DNA from: Candidatus Hydrogenedens sp.
Lineage (GTDB): Bacteria > Hydrogenedentota > Hydrogenedentia > Hydrogenedentales > Hydrogenedentaceae
Direction of reading: 5' to 3'
Assembly: GCA_049968235.1 (NCBI GenBank)
Contig: JBMFRC010000012.1
Coordinates: forward strand, 1 to 64,000
Length of the DNA: 64,000 nucleotides
In this document: piece after piece, positions 60,902 through 64,000 of the stretch
Position numbering within the stretch: the first letter of the stretch is position 1
How the letters are laid out: each line of letters opens with the position of its first letter
Notes under the pieces: generated by a model
Databases searched by the model: none
What the model was told of the DNA's origin: nothing
The model's input: the letters and a program-made list of their open reading frames with translations, nothing else
Translations under genes and position numbers: made by a program

Positions 60902-62203
60902 TTATTGTAATACTCTTATTACATGTGTCGGTTCAACAATACAATCTAATTGGTCTATATCTGTTACAGCACTTTGAAGACTTGATTCAATCGATTCATG
61001 AGTCATAATAATCACATGAACAGGAAGTTCTTTATGGTATGATAAAGTCTCTTTTTGGTGACATGAAGAAATACTGACTTGATGTTTTCCAAGAATCGTG
61101 CATATTTGCCCTAATACACCGGGATAGTCCTTAGTTGTGAAACGGAGATAATAGCGACTCCGAAGCAATCCCATATCACGAACATTGAGATTATGATAAT
61201 AAATAAAAGGCGGAAGGGAAGGGGATTCTTTACGATAAGCAAGGTCTAACAAATTGCTAATTACCGCCGTTGCTGTAGGGAATCTTCCTGCTCCTTTGCC
61301 ATAATATAATGTGGGTCCAGCAGAATCACTTTCAACATAAACTGCGTTAAACTCATTTCGAACCGATGCTAATAAATGGTTTTGTGGAACAAGAGTGGGA
61401 TGGACACGTGCTTCAATTTCCCCATTTACTTTACGGATAATTGCAAGTAGTTTAATGACATATCCCATTTCGTTGGCATAATCAACATCATTATGGGTAA
61501 TCTTTGTAATTCCTTCTACATAAATTTTATCAAAGGGTACAGGAGTACCAAAGCATAAACTTGCAAGAATCTGGCATTTGTGTGCGGTATCAAATCCTTC
61601 TATATCCAAATCAGGTGGTGTTTCTGCATACCCATTTGCTTGTGCTTCTTTTAACACAGGTTCAAAATCCAATCCCTCGTAGGTCATTCGGCTGAGGATA
61701 TAATTACATGTCCCGTTAACGATTCCATATATAGATTCTATATGAGTAGTGGATAAAACTTCTTTTAGTGTTTTAATAATTGGAATAACACCGGCTACTG
61801 CCGCTTCATATTTCAACTCTTTTCCTGATTCCTGTGCTATTTTACATAATTCATCACCATATTTAGCCAGAAGCATCTTATTGGCGGTTACTACATGTTT
61901 TCCTGATTTTAATGCTTTGATAATAAAAGTTTTTGCAGGTTCCAATCCTCCTATAAGTTCACAAACGACATCAATATCCGGGTTGTTTATAAGTGTATCA
62001 ATATCGGAGGAGACAGTAACATTGCTTAAATCAAAAGGCTTTAACAAATTGGGTTTTATTTCAACGATATGTTTTAATTCTAATTCTACCCCTGTTTGAT
62101 TTTTTATATGTTCATAATGATTCAAAAGAAGGTGGATTACCCCACCTCCTACAGTACCTGCACCAATAACACCAATTTTCAGTTTCATTAAACAACTCCT
62201 CAT
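60902..62203 (-). CDS. hom: Homoserine dehydrogenase with C-terminal ACT domain
   Basis: The N-terminal Rossmann motif is IGVIGAGTVGGGV. The catalytic region and the ACT domain (LGQICTILGKHQVSI) are present. Confidence 0.88.
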   Translation of the reverse strand: MRSCLMKLKIGVIGAGTVGGGVIHLLLNHYEHIKNQTGVELELKHIVEIKPNLLKPFDLSNVTVSSDIDTLINNPDIDVVCELIGGLEPAKTFIIKALKSGKHVVTANKMLLAKYGDELCKIAQESGKELKYEAAVAGVIPIIKTLKEVLSTTHIESIYGIVNGTCNYILSRMTYEGLDFEPVLKEAQANGYAETPPDLDIEGFDTAHKCQILASLCFGTPVPFDKIYVEGITKITHNDVDYANEMGYVIKLLAIIRKVNGEIEARVHPTLVPQNHLLASVRNEFNAVYVESDSAGPTLYYGKGAGRFPTATAVISNLLDLAYRKESPSLPPFIYYHNLNVRDMGLLRSRYYLRFTTKDYPGVLGQICTILGKHQVSISSCHQKETLSYHKELPVHVIIMTHESIESSLQSAVTDIDQLDCIVEPTHVIRVLQ

Positions 62204-62229
62204 TCATAAAGCAATTATTAAAGGCAAAG

Positions 62230-62484
62230 TTATTCTTCTTTAATATTTATTATACATATAGGATTATCAGGACTAAAAAACTGCCCCTCCTCAATAAAAA
62301 CCTTTTTCAGTATTCCGGATACCGGTGCTGTGATAACATATACTGCTTTATCCGTGCATATTTCTACAAGTTCCATACCTTTTTCCACAGATTCTCCTAC
62401 TTTGAACAACCATTGGGATATTTGAACTTGTAAATCATTTTCTTCAGGTTTGGCTTCTTCTGGAATATAAACCTTATAATCCAT
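62230..62484 (-). CDS. Stand-alone lipoyl-attachment-domain protein (84 aa)
   Basis: The lipoyl-lysine motif reads VEICTDKAVYVITAP (E-x-x-TDKA). It has a lipoyl/biotinyl hammerhead fold. It lies immediately downstream of lipA. Confidence 0.55.
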   Translation of the reverse strand: MDYKVYIPEEAKPEENDLQVQISQWLFKVGESVEKGMELVEICTDKAVYVITAPVSGILKKVFIEEGQFFSPDNPICIINIKEE

Positions 62485-62489
62485 GATTG

Positions 62490-63371
62490 CTATTCCTCTT
62501 GTTCTTTACACCAAAAATCGGCATGATACGAACTTCTAACTTCGGGACCTGCAATAACTTTTAATGATAGATTCTTTCCTGCCCACTCTTCATAAAAACG
62601 AAATTCATCAGGGGATATAAAATTAGATACAGGCAATTGTCGGGGTGTAGGTTGTAGATATTGTCCAATAGTAACTATTGAACAACCAACACTGTCAAGG
62701 TCTTTTAATGTTTGTAAAACTTCATCCTGAGTTTCAGATAAACCTACCATAATACCGGATTTTGTCTTTGTTACCCGCGATATTTCTTTAACTTTATTCA
62801 GGACAGATAAAGAAACCTGATAGGAACATTTTTTATCTCTTACAATAGGGTGTAATCGTTCAACAGTTTCGAGATTATGAGAAAAAACATCGGGATTTGC
62901 TTTAAGAATCGTTTCTAATGAAGACATATTCCCTTGAAAATCAGATACAAGAACTTCAACTTTTCTTTTGGGGAATACTTTTTTGAGAGATGAGACAATC
63001 TCAAAAATATGATTAGCTCCACCATCTAACAAGTCATCTCGAGTTACCATTGTTAAAATAATATATTGTAACCCCATTACCTCGACAGCCTTTAATATTT
63101 TATCTTTTTCAAAAGGGTCCGGTGATAACGGTTGTCCTTTTTTCACTGCACAAAATGAACATCTGCGAGAACATATATCACCAAGAAGTAGAAAAGTGGC
63201 TGTTTTACGCGACCAGCATTCTGCTCGATTAGGACATAAAGCACTTTTACAAACGGTAGATATTCCTAACTCTTCTAATAAAGAAGAAACCTGCTTTATT
63301 CCATTTGTATCAGGAACTCTAAAACGTATCCATTTAGGAAATGATTTCTTTGTATATGTTTTGCAGTCCAT
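62490..63371 (-). CDS. lipA: Lipoyl synthase
   Basis: The auxiliary cluster reads CPNRAECW and the radical SAM motif reads CSRRCSFC. Confidence 0.93.
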   Translation of the reverse strand: MDCKTYTKKSFPKWIRFRVPDTNGIKQVSSLLEELGISTVCKSALCPNRAECWSRKTATFLLLGDICSRRCSFCAVKKGQPLSPDPFEKDKILKAVEVMGLQYIILTMVTRDDLLDGGANHIFEIVSSLKKVFPKRKVEVLVSDFQGNMSSLETILKANPDVFSHNLETVERLHPIVRDKKCSYQVSLSVLNKVKEISRVTKTKSGIMVGLSETQDEVLQTLKDLDSVGCSIVTIGQYLQPTPRQLPVSNFISPDEFRFYEEWAGKNLSLKVIAGPEVRSSYHADFWCKEQEE

Positions 63372-63503
63372 AGGTATGTCTCGTGAGTTGAATTGAAAAG
63401 GAATTATATCATGAATATGTAAAGATGATAAAATGTTTCATATTTGATATAATTAATATCCATAATACAAAATAAATTTAAACTCGTCTAAAAGGATTTG
63501 ATA

Positions 63504-64000
63504 ATGAGCAAGGACGAGGAAAAAAAAGAATCAAAAAGTTTATTTGGGAAACTACGGTTTGGGAATTTAAATGAGGTCTGGTCTGCAAATCGCAAACCTC
63601 AAGAAGAGATTGTAAAACCACAGGAAAAAGTAGAAGAGAAAAAGACCGTAGTTCCACAAGAGCCTACTCGTCAGATAGTTAAAGAAAATGAATCTATAAC
63701 AATCTCAAAACCCCAAAAAACAGGACTTAAAATTATGGTTATTCCCGAGAATGTTTATATTGAAGGTTCCATTAGAGGTGAATGTGATTCGGAAATATAT
63801 GGAAAAATAAATGGAAATATCCAAATAAAAGGAAATCTCGTGTTGGGGAAAACAGCAGAGGTAAAGGGAAGTATTAAATCGATGTCCGCTTCTATTGATG
63901 GTATTGTCGAAGGAAAAATTGAAACTACCAACGATGTAGAAATTGGTCCTAATAGTAAAATTCAAGCAGAATTAATATCAGGACAGAAGATAATTGTATC
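63504..64000 (+). CDS. Bactofilin-like cytoskeletal protein, 3'-truncated by the window edge; this ORF is not in the supplied track
   Basis: The frame is open from the ATG at 63504 to the window end. The N-terminal tail is K/E-rich. Beta-helix repeats follow (IPENVYIEGSIRGECDSEIYGKINGNIQIKGNLVLGKTAEVKGSI). Confidence 0.65.
   Translation, partial: MSKDEEKKESKSLFGKLRFGNLNEVWSANRKPQEEIVKPQEKVEEKKTVVPQEPTRQIVKENESITISKPQKTGLKIMVIPENVYIEGSIRGECDSEIYGKINGNIQIKGNLVLGKTAEVKGSIKSMSASIDGIVEGKIETTNDVEIGPNSKIQAELISGQKIIV

Overview
This is a low-GC bacterial chromosomal fragment of about 64 kb that is densely coding. Three things suggest a Planctomycetota/PVC-like anaerobe, held at low confidence: a prepilin-N-terminus DUF1559 protein, a large Ca-binding repeat protein, and an [FeFe]-hydrogenase locus. 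I identified no rRNA, tRNA, CRISPR array, transposase or integrase. The window starts inside infB, then runs DUF503, an RbfA::DHH fusion, truB and ribF. Next come a four-gene tripartite efflux system (TolC-like, HlyD-like, MacB ATPase, permease), an Eis-like GNAT and an orphan sensor kinase. On the minus strand are aconitase and a cysK-metY-metX::metW sulfur amino-acid operon. A block of accessory-looking genes follows: an RRM protein, a penicillin-acylase-family lipoprotein, a pentapeptide-repeat protein, a Gfo/Idh/MocA oxidoreductase and methyltransferases. After these come a dockerin-like small protein next to a 940-aa modular EF-hand protein with a 5x21-bp in-frame tandem repeat, a tri-haem cytochrome c peroxidase, the DUF1559 protein, a radical SAM protein and an SGNH hydrolase. 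The most coherent system is a roughly 14 kb Rex-associated locus at 37.9-51.9 kb: rex, hndA, hndB, a secreted GH-A-like gene, a NuoF-like::GltD-like fusion, an [FeFe]-hydrogenase catalytic subunit with a non-canonical TSCSPGW L1 motif, a REC-only regulator, hydG, an aspA-like lyase, hydF and hydE. The window ends with leuCD, small lipoproteins, a TPR protein, a GH38 mannosidase, a lipA / free lipoyl-domain / hom / thrC operon and the 5' part of a bactofilin gene. All product calls come from motifs read directly in the translations. None is supported by a database search.
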